A stretch of 63,613 bases of DNA, the filler included, from Octopus bimaculoides (lineage: Eukaryota), in NCBI RefSeq assembly GCF_001194135.2. It is 6 parts of 5 records of this genome, joined end to end, with 100 filler letters (N's around TTAATTAATTAA, not from the genome) between each part and the next. Parts side by side here need not be neighbours in the genome. Positions count along the whole stretch, not along the records: positions 14,533 to 34,190 come from NC_068983.1; positions 34,291 to 49,855 come from NC_068983.1; 4 more parts are not named here. The stretch is one strand, 5' to 3'. The translations under genes and the position numbers were made by a program. Shown piece by piece: positions 27,167 to 39,420 of the stretch. The notes under the pieces were generated by a model. It saw only the letters and a list, made by a program, of their open reading frames with translations. It was not told the origin of the DNA and made no database searches. Each line of letters begins with the position of its first letter. Position 1 is the stretch's first letter.

Positions 27167-27705
27167 AAGGCATGGCTGTGTGATTAAGAAGCTCATCCTG
27201 CAAATACATGGTTTGCAGTTCAGTACTACTGCACAGCACCTTGGAGAAGTGTCTTCTACTATTGGCCTGGGCTGATCAATGCATTATACAGGGTGTCCAC
27301 AAAGTCTGGGTACATGACGTAAATAAAATCAAAATATAAACAATTAAATATAAGAAATAATAATTCCTTCAAGTATGTATTAATCCTTATGTACCCAGAC
27401 TTTGTGGACACCCTGTAGTTGAATTTGGAAGACAGAAACTGTGTAGAAACTCATCATATCTGTGTGTGTGTGTGTGTGTGTGTGTTCCCCAGCAACCACT
27501 TGGCAACAGGCATTGGTTCCTCTACTTCCTTGTCTCAGTGGTTTCACAAAAGACACTAATAGAGTAAATACCAAACTTAAAAATAAATCCTGAGGTCAAT
27601 TTGTTTGACTAAAATCCTTCAGGGCTGTGCTCCAGCATGGCTGCATTCCAATGACTGAAACAAATAAAAGATAAAAGGTAACTTCATGGAAACATCTCTT
27701 GAGTG
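27167..27705 (+). mobile_element. Old SINE family B copy, interrupted by a MITE
   Basis: Head ggcatggctgtgtg...caccttggagaagtgtcttctacta; continues after the MITE to gactgaaacaaataaaag. Confidence 0.75.
27289..27415. mobile_element. Tc1/mariner-type MITE (127 bp)
   Basis: Perfect 26-bp TIRs CAGGGTGTCCACAAAGTCTGGGTACA, flanked by TA on both sides. Confidence 0.92.
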
Positions 27706-28029
27706 AGTGCAGTGGAGCATCTTTATGAGAAGAGTATAAATTTTCATGGAAGAAGAGCACTGCTGCCAGTATAAGCATCTCAAGAATATCATTACAGATC
27801 TTTAATTGTAGAGAGAACCAGTGGAAGGAGTAGACCCAGGAAGACGTGGGATGAAGGGGTGTGAAAGGGTCTACAGGTGCTGGGCCTCACTGAGGAAATA
27901 AGGGATTGGGACTTGTGACAATTTGCTGTACTTGAGAAGATACATGAAGTTAAGTAAAATTGTGGCCATCCATACATACAAGCATGTCCATTGCAGGTGC
28001 TGGTGTCACATACAATGCACTTGTGATAG

Positions 28030-28263
28030 TACCACACATAAAATGCACTCATGCCAGTGGCTCGTAAATGCACCCATGGAAGTGGCATGTAAAAAAGTAC
28101 CCAGCACCCTCTGTAAAGTGGTTGACATTAGGAAGAGCATCCAGTCATAGAAACCAGGCCAAAGCAGACATTTAGAATCTGGACAACTCTCTGGCTGGCC
28201 AGCTTTTGTTAAGCTGTCCAACCCATGCAAGCATGGAAAGCAGACATTAAATGATGATGATGA
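28030..28263 (+). mobile_element. Family C repeat
   Basis: Shared tail ccaacccatgcaagcatggaaagcagacattaaatgatgatg. Confidence 0.75.
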
Positions 28264-28889
28264 TCAATATATGTTTCTGTATCAAAAGTGGATATCTTGA
28301 GTCCCGTCTTTTCATGATTTTCAAATATAGCCTGGAAATACAGTGTCGTTACATCACTGAAGATAATGGAGTCTTAGAAATTAAGGATTTTTAAAAATTA
28401 TATCTTTTAGTCAGGAGGGAAGACAGTGCTAATGGGGCATCAAAGATTAATGAGAGAAAGGCAAGGAGATGTTCTACAAACTAGAGACTTGGCTGAATGC
28501 TTGCTGTAGAACAGATTCTGCTAAAGACACCTAAAATGTTAGAGGGTAGTGTTGAAGCAAGTGACAAATTAAGTCTACTACCAAGTTAGACTATGGCTAG
28601 ATTTGAATAAAAAGCACAAAGAACTGTAACAAATAACCCAAGGAATCGAGTTCAACATTGTTATAGTTTAGACTATCATCACCCTCAGTTGGTACTTATT
28701 TTATCACCCCCTGCCCCCCAAAAAAGGAAAGCAAAGTTGATCCATGCATGTTTTGAACTTTCAACAGAAAATCAGACCAAACTGTGAGGTATTCTATCTG
28801 ATACTCTAATGACGAATGACTTCACCAATCTGCTGCTTGCTACCCTTTATAATCAACTATAACAAATGTATTTCTCTTTATTCTTGCAG

Positions 28890-29033
28890 CTATACATTAC
28901 TACTGGAGGAGGAAAAGTTATGTTTTTCAGTGATGTTGGCAACAAAACTGCAGAGTTTCCATTCTTATTTGATAACATCAAACCTCTGTTTGATGCGCAA
29001 AGATTCATTGCTTGGCAGGACGGTAGCAAGAAG
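28890..29033 (+). CDS. Exon B of the WD40-repeat (WDR97-like) gene
   Basis: Acceptor ttctctttattcttgcAG; LYITTGGGKVMFFSDVGNKTAEFPFLFDNIKPLFDAQRFIAWQDGSKK; donor GTTTAT at 29034, or alternative GTATGT at 29040 (both phase 0). Confidence 0.78.
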
Positions 29034-29195
29034 GTTTATGTATGTATATGTTATATACTATAATATAATATAATGTAATTTATATATTTTCATACAGCAG
29101 CAGGCATGGCTCTGTGGTTGAGAAGGTTGCTTTCCAGCTATGTAGTTTTGGGTTCAGACCCAGTGTGTGGCACCTTGGGCAAGTGTCGTTTACCT

Positions 29196-30141
29196 TGTTG
29201 ACGGCCATGCGACCAAGGAGATGGTGATGAAGAAACAGCTCCTTTTAATGCGTCGCACGGTCGGCACAAATATATAAAATAAACAAAGGATGGAATGAGT
29301 TAAGTTCCAACAAAGAAAGAGAGAGACCCAACTGGTAAAGGTGTATAAAAGTAAGGTTTATTAGTTGTCAACTAGTATGTCTGTGTGTATGTGTGTGCGA
29401 CATAATAAAACACAATATAAGACAGGCCGTCATGTAAACAAGAGAGTGTGTATACAAATATGTGTACGTGAATGCAACAGAATACAGAGCATAGAAAATA
29501 GTCTATAATAAGGACGTTAAGAGTCCAGACACAAGGATAAGAGATACCAGTTCGTAGCTAAGGTACACAGTGGTAAAGGTGCTGTACAAGAGGTCGAGGC
29601 AGAGCAGTAGAGTCACGTCGTGAGAAGCTGAGGCTTCCATGCCGAGACGGTTACTTGGTACTGGAGTTCTTGCAGGTTGAGTTCTGGCTGTTATTTTATG
29701 GTGAAGTGATTCACACAGTGTTGAGAGATACTGTGCAGGCGCTGTTGGCGGCGTGTACATAGAGACACCGGGGTAGATGCTAAGAAACTGGAAGTGGCGA
29801 TGCAGAAGACTGGTGCTGGTGCTGGTTCTTCAATGGAGTGGAGTAATGTCGTCGCTGGAACTGGTTGGTGCTCTGTGGTCAGCGACTAGACCTCAGAAGG
29901 TCGTGACAAACTTAGCGCAGATGAAACAAGCTATTTAAGAGGAAAAATCGGCTCAAGCAATGGTTCAGAAAACTGTTCCGCTTGACCTTATCAGAAGGCT
30001 ATGATTGGTTGGTTTGGACCCTGGCGCGAAATAGAACTAGAGACTAAAGTGCACCAATACCAACCAATCAGAGTGGTGGACACAACAAGGTCCAAAGATG
30101 CGGCCGAAAGCTAGATGGTATCTGCTACGTCCGCATTCACA
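29196..30141 (-). mobile_element. LTR-like insertion (probable solo LTR) within a SINE B copy
   Basis: TG...CA ends. On the minus strand: CCAAT at about 30003-30012, TTAAATA at 29932-29938 and AATAAA at 29357-29362. SINE B halves flank it (29097-29187 and ~30190-30450). No clear TSD. Confidence 0.5.
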
Positions 30142-30626
30142 TATATATAACTGAGAGAGCACACAGGTATATAACAGAGAAAGCAGTTTGGCTACAGCCC
30201 CATGCTGGCTACTGCCTTATGAATGGATTTGATTGATGGAAGCTGAAAGAAGCCTGATGTGTGTGTGTGTGTATTGTTGTTGCTATGTATCCTTTTTATT
30301 CTTTTATTGAATTCAGTCCTCTAAATGGTCACATTTAGAGGACTGAATTCAATAAAAGAATAAAAAGGATGGGGTTGATTTCTTTGACTAAAACCCTTTA
30401 AGGTGGTGCTCCAGCATGGCCACAGTCAGATGACTAAAACAAGTAAAAGAATATATATATATATATACAAATTAAAAGGGTAAAGGATTATCAATTTATT
30501 AATTAATAAATCAATTAACAATTAACAATTTTTACCAAGCCCATCGGTATGAAAGCACCATTATTGGTGGAGAACTTATTTAAAAGCTCATATATAAAAG
30601 CTCATTATTTATTTATTAATTATATT

Positions 30627-30699
<73 letters not shown>

Positions 30700-31610
30700 C
30701 ACCCTTCCAAATGCCAACCACTTCATGTTTCATACCTACATCCAGCTGTAAAAAACCATGCAAAACTGACTTCACCTGTGCTGGTGCCACGTAAAAAGCA
30801 CTCAGTCCACTCTATGGGGTGGTTGTTGTTAGGAAGGGCACCCAGCCATAAAAACCATGCCAAAAGAGACACAGTAACCTGGTGTAGTCTTCTACTTGGC
30901 TGGCTCGATGATGATGATGCTAAAATATATGTATACACACACACATATATCTATGTATGTGTATCTTTGTATTTATGTTTGTCCCCTACCACTGCTTGAA
31001 TACTGGTGTTGATGTGTTGATGTGTTGATGTGTATACAGTTTAGCAGCTTGGCAAAAAGTGGCTGATAGTATAAATATCAGTCATTAAAAAAATAAAAGT
31101 ACTGAGGTTCATTTGTTTTAATAAAACCTTCAAGGCAGTACCCCAGCATGGCCACAGTCTTATGAATGAAACAAGTAAAAAGGGATAATAATAAGGTTAT
31201 GGAGGAACATTTGATAATCCCTTTTTTCTCAGAAAGAGTCAGAGAAAAATAGGTTTCTTGTTGTTCTGCTCTGGTTCTGTCGCTTGAGCCTTTATCCCTC
31301 TTTTGTCCTTTATCTCTTAGAATAAAGTTGTTTCCTCAGGGCTTGTAGCCCTACAAACTGCATGGCAGTCTCATTAATGCAGGTGGCAGAAAAAAAAAAA
31401 AGCACCCAGCACATGGTTGGTGTTAGGAAGAGCATCCAGCCATAGAAACTATGTCCTTTGGCCCATTGGAACATGTCAAAAACCATCCAACCCATGCCAG
31501 CATGAAACCTGAAAGTTAACTGATGATGGTGATGACAACGACAGTGATGACCTTTTAAAATCATTCCTCGGTCATTCTATTCTTTTCTTTTTCTTTCTGT
31601 TAAAATTAAC

Positions 31611-32015
31611 ATAGGCACAGGAGTGGCTGTGTGGTAAGTAGCTTGCTTACCAACCACATGGTTCTGGGTTCAGTCCAACTGCGTGGCACCTTGGGCAAGT
31701 GTCTTCTACTATAGCCTCGGGCCGACCAAAGCCTTGTGAGTGGATTTGGTAGACGGAAACTGAAAGAAGCCCATCGTATATATGTATATATATATATATA
31801 TATGTGTATGTGTTTGTGTGTCTGTGTTTGTCTCCCCAATATCGCTTGACAACTGATGCTGGTGTGTTTACGTCCCCGTAACTTAGCAGTTTGGCAAAAG
31901 AGATCAATAGAATAAGTACTAGGCTTCTAAAGAATAAGTCCTGGGGTCGATTTGCTCGACTAAAGGCGGTGCCCCAGCATGGCCGCAGTCAAATGACTGA
32001 AACAAGTAAAAGAGT
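31611..32015 (+). mobile_element. Full-length tRNA-derived SINE family B
   Basis: A-box-like TGGCTGTGTGG, B-box-like GGTTCAGTCC, CORE-like CCTTGGGCAAG, internal TA/TG microsatellite and TAAAAGAG tail. Confidence 0.9.
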
Positions 32016-32387
32016 ATACACCATCATCTGCCCAAACAAAATTTAAGAAATATAAGCCATCTGGTTCACCGGTCCTCAATCAAATCATCCAACCCATGCT
32101 AGCATGGAAAGCGGACGTTAAACGATGATGATGATGATGATGATGATGATAATTTTAATGACTGAAGAGGTCACAGATATGTGATGCAAGATTTCTGGAC
32201 AATGGAGATGAGTTAAAATTTAAAAATTTTTTAACGAAGCACAGTAATAAACAAGTGAAAAACAAATATATAATATGCATGTGTTTATTTGGCAAAAAAA
32301 ATTAAATAAAAAATAAAAATAACCATCCTGAAATAAGACAATAATTTTAATAACCCTTAATGTGTCCTCATTTTTGTTCTTTTCCAG

Positions 32388-32504
32388 TTGCTGAATAGTT
32401 CATTGGAAGTAATTCATAGTGCAGATTGTCTCAACAGTGTTTGTCTGGTGACTTTTAATACCAAAACGAATGAAGTTATCATTGTTTGCAAAGGTTCTGT
32501 CAGT
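32388..32504 (+). CDS. Exon C of the WD40-repeat (WDR97-like) gene
   Basis: Acceptor tttttgttcttttccAG; LLNSSLEVIHSADCLNSVCLVTFNTKTNEVIIVCKGSVS; donor GTAAGA; phase 0-0. Confidence 0.75.
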
Positions 32505-33734
32505 GTAAGACCCTTTAATCTATCATTTTTTTAATCTTTTGACTTCTTTCAGCCATTGGACAGTAGCCTTGCTGGAACACTACCTTGAAGGGTTTCAGTT
32601 TATCAAATCCATATTTATTCTATTGTTGTCTTTTTGCCAAACTAAGTAATTACTCAGGGTAGGCAGTTGGTGACGTTTATGTAGTAAAACACACAAAAAA
32701 ATAAGTGAAACACAGGCGTGCAACTGAATTGTAGACAGATTTACTTCTGCCTTTATAGTGCATAAAGAAAACATTGTTGTAGGAATGTACGCAGCACGTG
32801 TACTATGCATAGTTTTAATACTGAGATTGAAAAGCAGGAGCATATTATGCCTACCTAATCTACAAAAATATAAAATATTTTGCATCAGAGTAACCTTCAT
32901 AATTTTACTGAATTAAGTGCATATTTTGCCATAAAAGGAAAAAGTTACTATCGATCTATTTCATTCAGGGTAGGCACTGCTTACCTTGCCTACCCAAGCA
33001 GCATGTCCCTGGTATATACGATGGGCTTCTTTCAGTTTCTGTCTTCCAAATCCTCTCTCAAGGCTTTGGTCATTAATTTACATTACCCTTCAAGGTTACA
33101 TAACCATTATTGGCATGGCTGTATGTGTGAGGCATTCACTTCTCAACCATGTTGTTTTGGGGGTCAGTCCCACTGTGTTGTACTTTGAGCAAGTGTTTTC
33201 TATAACCCTGGACCAGCTAAAGCCTTCTGGTGGATTTGGTCAACAGAAACTGAAAAGAAGCAGAGACATCAGCTGTTTCCATAAATTTCCTGGAGAAGGG
33301 GTCCTAACAGTGAAATATTGAAATATCAGGTAACAGTTCTAGCCATAGACCTGTATTATTAATTTTTATAACGTGCATTGTTTTGGCTTTAAAATAAATA
33401 TTTAAAACATTTATATATGTATATATATATATATATAATCTTTGAATAATAGTATATTACTGGTTGCGGTTTATAACTGACCAGAATGTTGTCATTGTTT
33501 TTTTACACCAGCTGTTGTAGTTATCTAATATTGATGACACTTCAGACAAGCTGGAAGCACATTGTCTCTTTTATGCTGGAAGTCAATGTAGACTCTGGAT
33601 GACTTGGTGTTTGTAAAAAGAAAATAACGAATGAAACAGTTAAACATTTCTAACATTTTCTTAAAGGAAAAGAAGAGTTATTTCCCATGGATTGAGGTTT
33701 GTTATGTGAAAGGTGTGTGTGTGTGTATGATTAA

Positions 33735-33857
33735 CGTCCACCTTCTAAGTTGGCATGAGTTGGACGGTTTGACAGGTGCTGGTCAGGCAGATGACTGCAC
33801 CAGACTTCTATGTCTGTTTTGGCATGGTTTTTACAGCTGAATGCCCTTCCTAATACC
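33735..33857 (-). mobile_element. Family C repeat tail abutting an RTE RT fragment
   Basis: Reverse complement of the family C tail. Confidence 0.75.
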
Positions 33858-34190
33858 ATCAAGCTGTTAGATCAGGTTATGAAAGTTACAGAGAGGGTCA
33901 TAGCCCAACTAATTAGGGAGCGAATCAATTTAGATGAGATGCAGTTTGGGTTCGTGCCAGGTAAAAGCACTACTGATGCCTTATTTCTAGTGAGACAGTT
34001 GCAGGAGAAATACCTAGCTAAGGATAAACCTCTGTACCTGGCTTTCGTTGACATGGAGAAAGCCTTTGACAGGGTCCCCCGATCCCTTATCTGGTGGTCA
34101 ATGAGGAAACTTGGGATAGAAGAATGGTTAGTGAGAGCTGTGCGAGCCATGTACAGAGATGCTGCCAGTAAGGTGAGGGTTGGAAATGAG
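33858..34190 (+). mobile_element. RTE LINE RT fragment, same subfamily as 19866-21115
   Basis: IKLLDQVMKVTERVIAQLIRERINLDEMQFGFVPGK...DMEKAFDRVPRSLIWWSMRKLG; cut by the scaffold gap. Confidence 0.95.
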
Positions 34191-34290
34191 NNNNNNNNNN
34201 NNNNNNNNNNNNNNNNNNNNNNNNNNNNNNNNNNTTAATTAATTAANNNNNNNNNNNNNNNNNNNNNNNNNNNNNNNNNNNNNNNNNNNN

Positions 34291-34625
34291 GAAGAGCCCT
34301 GCTTCTCACATGGACAACTGTATGTTGGCTGCTCAAAAGTGGGCAGCAAAAAAACCTATTTGTATATGCTCCACAAGGGAAAACAAGGAACATTGTTTAC
34401 AACGAGGTGTTATAATCACAACAGCAAGAAAGTATGTACATGATCACCTTCTTTTACGAAACTTCATTGACTTTCATATATTTAGTTTGATATACATATA
34501 TATACGTGTGTTTGGGTGCGTGTGTGTATATACATCTCTATATATAAAGATGATGCGTAGTCTAGACGGCGTTTTTAGATTTCATTATTCTCTTTAACCT
34601 GGGCAACGCCGGGTATTTCTGCTAG
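34291..34625 (+). mobile_element. Helitron 3' end: helicase C-terminus plus terminal hairpin and CTAG
   Basis: EEPCFSHGQLYVGCSKVGSKK / LFVYAPQGKTRNIVYNEVL* (PIF1-like motif VI, one frameshift). Hairpin CCTGGGCAACGCCGGG lies about 10 nt before CTAG|T at 34622-34626. Confidence 0.85.
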
Positions 34626-35166
34626 TATAAAATATATTTCTTGTTTTTCAAAATCTAAATTCTTATTTGATGCATTACTACTTTTCTTACATTTTAATTT
34701 CAGACAATTAGTTTTGCTCAAGATACCTCATCCATTTTGTCAACATATTGATACAAACATTAACTAATAATATATGCAGGAGATTTGACAATATCTTTGA
34801 ATTAGATAATGTCATTTTCAATCAAATGATAAAATCATTTATACAGTAGTTCAACACCTAAGATACAAGAAACTGGAATCAAAGGTCAACAGATCAAAGC
34901 CTATGGCCTACTATTCTTGATCAGTACACTTAACTCTATTTCTTCCCCTGCAGCAAGCCTAGAACCAGCTAAACAACACTTTATCTCCTCTAAATTTAGA
35001 GGAACAGAGGTGAGATTGTTTTCCTTAGGCTATTCAATAAATCTCCAAGAATTTGTTAGAGCTTATATATTGAGGATCTCAGAATTGCATGGAAAATTTC
35101 TTATTATTATATGTTTCTTTAAAAATGTAGGCTTTGTTATTTTCATAGCACTATTAGGAATCTATA

Positions 35167-35469
35167 GTGGTGCACATGGCCTAGTGGTTAGAGCAGTGGA
35201 CTCACGGTCAAGGGATTGCGGGTTCGAATCTCAGACCAGGTGATGTGTGTGTTTATAAGCAAAACACCTAAGCTCCACGCGGCTCTGGCAGAAGGTAATG
35301 ACAAACTTCTGCTGACTCTTTCACCACAACTTTCTCTCAGTCTTTCTTACTGCATCTAGCAGTTCATCTGCAACACACTGGCATCCCATCTAGATGGAGA
35401 ACCTATACACCAATGAAACCAGGAAACTGGCCCTTATAAGCTAGGCATGGCTCAAGAAGGAACAAACAA
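35167..35469 (+). mobile_element. SINE with a family A tRNA head and a different tail
   Basis: TGGCCTAGTGGTTAGAGCAGTGG...GGTTCGAATCT head; tail differs from family A. Confidence 0.75.
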
Positions 35470-35770
35470 TTAGGAATTTGTAGTGAGGATAGTTAATATA
35501 GACACAGACCTGAATGACTGGTTAAGAAGTTCACTTCACTATCACATGGTTCAATTCCACTGTGCATCATCTTTGGAAAGTATTCTTAACTGGAGTCTGG
35601 CTGAAGTCTCAAGAGTGAAATATAGTAAACAGAAACTGTGTACAAATTCATTAGACACACATACCACACTTACACATGTGCACATATATCCAATGAAGCA
35701 AGCTGTTCCATTTCACCGATCATATCACACTCGTTGTCATAACAGATGGAGTGCTCCTACTATATATATA

Positions 35771-35823
<53 letters not shown>

Positions 35824-36163
35824 NNNNNNNNNNNNNNNNNNNNNNNNNNNNNNNNNNNNNNNNNNNNNNNNNNNNNNNNNNNNNNNNNNNNNNNNNNNNN
35901 NNNNNNNNNNNNNNNNNNNNNNNNNNNNNNNNNNNNNNNNNNNNNNNNNNNNNNNNNNNNNNNNNNNNNNNNNNNNNNNNNNNNNNNNNNNNNNNNNNNN
36001 NNNNNNNNNNNNNNNNNNNNNNNNNNNNNNNNNNNNNNNNNNNNNNNNNNNNNNNNNNNNNNNNNNNNNNNNNNNNNNNNNNNNNNNNNNNNNNNNNNNN
36101 NNNNNNNNNNNNNNNNNNNNNNNNNNNNNNNNNNNNNNNNNNNNNNNNNNNNNNNNNNNNNTA

Positions 36164-36228
<65 letters not shown>

Positions 36229-36245
36229 GTATATATACCCAGGAA

Positions 36246-36500
36246 GGCACATGGCTCAGTGGTTAGAGCATCAAGCTCATGATCGTGAGGTTGTGAGTTT
36301 GAATCCCGGACTGGGCTGTGTGTTGTGTTCTTGAGCAAGACACTTTATTTTACGTTGCTCCAGTTCGCTCAGCTGTAAAAATGAGTTGCGACACCAAGCT
36401 ATATCACCCTTTGCTTTTCCATAAACAACCTTGCCCGGACTTGTGCCTGGGAAGCTAACTTTCTAGGTGCAATCCCATGGTCAGTCATAACCGAAGGGGG
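36246..36500 (+). mobile_element. tRNA-derived SINE family E
   Basis: TGGCTCAGTGGTTAGAGCA...GAGTTTGAATCCC head; second copy at 43536-43860. Confidence 0.75.
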
Positions 36501-36519
36501 TTTCAGCATATACCCAGGA

Positions 36520-37110
36520 AGACATGGGACAAGGTGGTGAAGTATGATCTCCAAATGTTGGGCCTCACAGAGGTAATGACAAGCGACTGAGACCTTTGGA
36601 GATATGCCATGCTTGAGGAAACCTGTCAAGCCAAGTGAGATCATAGTCATGGCTGATGCTGGTGTCGCATAAATGACCTATTAAAAGCACCCTTGAAACT
36701 TTAGGTGATATGCTGTGTTTGTCAAGACCTGCTGAGCCGAGTGAAATCATAGTCGTGGCTGATGCCAGTGCCATCTGACTGGCACGTAAAAAGCATCGTT
36801 CAAGCATTGGGCCTCATGGAGGCAGTCACAGATGACCGAGACCTTTGGCAATACACTGTGCTGCATAGACCTGTGAAGCTAAGTGAGGCCACAGTTGTGA
36901 CCGATGTCTGTGTCATGTCAATGGCATTCATGCTGGTGGTATGTAAAAAACACCCACTGTGCTCTAGTAGTGGTTGGTGTTAGGAAGGGCATCTAGCTGT
37001 AGAAACCTTGCCATATCAGATCAGAACCTGGTGCAGCTCCCCGGCTTACCAGTTTTCTGTCAAACCGTCCAACCCATGCCAACATGGAAAATGGATGTTA
37101 AATGATGATG
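36520..37110 (+). mobile_element. Family C repeat with a modular 5' extension
   Basis: Internal repeated modules (aagccaagtgaaatc-tagtc-tggctgatgc) precede the family C tail; similar at 49400-49805. Confidence 0.7.
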
Positions 37111-37547
37111 CTGATATATATATAATAAGAAAAGAACATGGGTATAACTTGGTACTCCTTTATTCCAGGTGTTACATATGTTTCAGTATTTGGCAACACA
37201 TGATGTCACACTACAGATGCAACCAGTGGGTGCAGCATATAAGGAAAAACATGGGATAAACACATAGCCAGATAATCAATAAAGATTTGTTTAGAGTCAA
37301 TTTGTTTGACTAAACTTTTCAAGGCATTGCCCCAGCATGGTCGCAAGTGTAATAACTGAAACGAATAAAAGGTGAAAAATAAAAGATACTAAATATTCAA
37401 AGCAAACAACAGCTATTGAGAAAACTGCAATTGGCTCCATGGTATAAGAGTGCTATTGCATTATACGAAGATCTAGACATTGACAGTAGAAGAGGCACAA
37501 ATGTTAGGGAGAAATTAGTCAGGTGTGGAATATTGAATTTTTTTATG

Positions 37548-38480
37548 TTAACTTGCCTGAACGGTGAAGCAGTGAGCTGGCAGAATTGTTACTATGCAAG
37601 GCAAAATGGTCAGTGGCATTTTGTCCCTCTTTACATTCTGAGTTTAAATTCCTCTGTGGTTGAATTGGTCTTTCATCCTTTCGAGGTTGATAAAATAAGG
37701 ACCAGTTGAGTACTGGGGTTGATGTAATCAACTTACACCCTCCCCAAAATTGCTGGCCCTGTTCCAGAATTTGAAATCATTATTATTATTATTATTAATA
37801 ATAATAATAATAATAATGATGATAATAATAATAATAAAAAGAAGAAGATCATAGGCGTCGCACAATATACAATATCAGGAGGTCATTGATTGAAGATATT
37901 GTGTCTAGCAGGGTTTTGTACTGTTTGTCAAGTCACAACAAAGACCTCAGACACACATTACTTTATGCAATATGCATACAGTTCCAAGTAATGCCGACTT
38001 TTGCGATACACCTAGATTGTAGGGTATTTGTTTAAAGTTTTCAGATGTTTATTATTATTATTAAGGTAGTGAGCTGGCAGAATCATTAGCATGCCAGGTA
38101 AAATGCTTAATGACATTTTGTCTGTCTATACATTCTGAATTAAAATTTTGCTGGGGTTGACTTTGCCTTTCATCATTTCAGAATCATTAAAATAAGTACC
38201 AGTTGAACACAGGGGCCTATGTAATTGATTTACCCACTTCCCCGAATTTGCTGGCCTTGTGCCAAAATTTGAACCATCATCATCATCACCATTTAGCGTC
38301 CGTTGTCCATGCTGGCATGGGTTGGATGATTTGACTGGGCTGGCACTTTAGAAGGCTGCACCAGAATCAGTCTGATTTAGCATGGTTTTCTACCGCTGGA
38401 TGCCCTTCCTAATACCAACAACCCTGAGAGTGTAACGGATGCTTTTATGTGTCATCGCCACGGGTGCCATTTGCATGATA
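37548..38480. mobile_element. Two CpG-decayed SINE D copies (+; 37548-37780, 38063-38275) and a family C copy (-; 38275-38480)
   Basis: gagctggcagaat...ctttgcctttcatc; compare 59360-59730. Confidence 0.7.
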
Positions 38481-38899
38481 CCGGTAGCAGATAAAAAAAA
38501 TATTTGAGAGAAAGTGGTGACAACCAGCATCAGTAAAACTCATTTAAATTCTCAAGTTTGAAAAATTTGGTATACTATTGAAAGATACTTCACGCAATGC
38601 CATTCTTTTGAGTGAGTAATTTAAAGTGTTTAAGATAAAAGCACTGAGAAAATAAGTGCGAAATGTCTCAGAATAATCATCAAATTATAGACAGGATAGC
38701 TGGTTAGACTAAATAGATAAGCAAGGAAAATCTGGGGTTGAAAGCAGGTTGTATACAAAATGGTATATACCTGAGGTAGAGAAAGACTAACAGAAATATT
38801 AGAAGTTGTGGTGATAGTGCGGGACCTTAAGGTTTAAGTTTAAAAGATTGCATCAAGCAGCAAATAGATAAGTTGCATAGTAGACCAGGTTCAGACCAA

Positions 38900-39420
38900 A
38901 TGATAAAAAAATATAGACATGAAAATGACAATGATAATGATAATGGTGATAACAATGAGGAAAACGATGATGAGGAGGAGGACGATGACAACGACAACAA
39001 CGATGATGAGGAGGACAAGGAAAAGTGGGTGGAAGAGAGTGATGGCGGTGGTGGTGGTATCGGTAGTGATCATAGTGGTGGCAGCAGCAACAATGGGGGT
39101 AGCAGTGGTGGTAGCGGCAGCAGTAGCAAGGGTAGCAACACTGATAGTGGCTGTGGTGGCAGCAGTGGTGGTGTAACTGATGAATGATGACGAGAAGGAG
39201 GATGAGAAGTGGGAAGAAGTGAGTGTTAGTGGTGGTGGAGGCAGGGTTGATGATGGTGGTGGTGGTGGTGGTATTAAAAAGGAAATGGTGACAGCGGCAG
39301 TGGTGAAGGGGTCAGTGGTGGCAGCAGTAGCAGCAGCAGTAGTGTTGGTGATGTAACTGATGAATGATGATGTTGATGATAATGAATAATGATGTTGATG
39401 GTGATGATGATGATGATATA
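38900..39420. repeat. GAT/GGT/AGC-rich low-complexity tract
   Basis: Mixed trinucleotide repeats. Confidence 0.85.

Noticed and set aside
33452-33615. Possible fourth WD40 exon (YYWLRF...LSNIDDTSDKLEAHCLFYAGS)
   Set aside because: There is an in-frame TAG at about 33518, the splice sites are weak, and the similarity is not convincing.
38873-39187. D/E/G/S-rich 104-aa ORF
   Set aside because: It lies wholly in a degenerate trinucleotide tract, with no splice or homology support.
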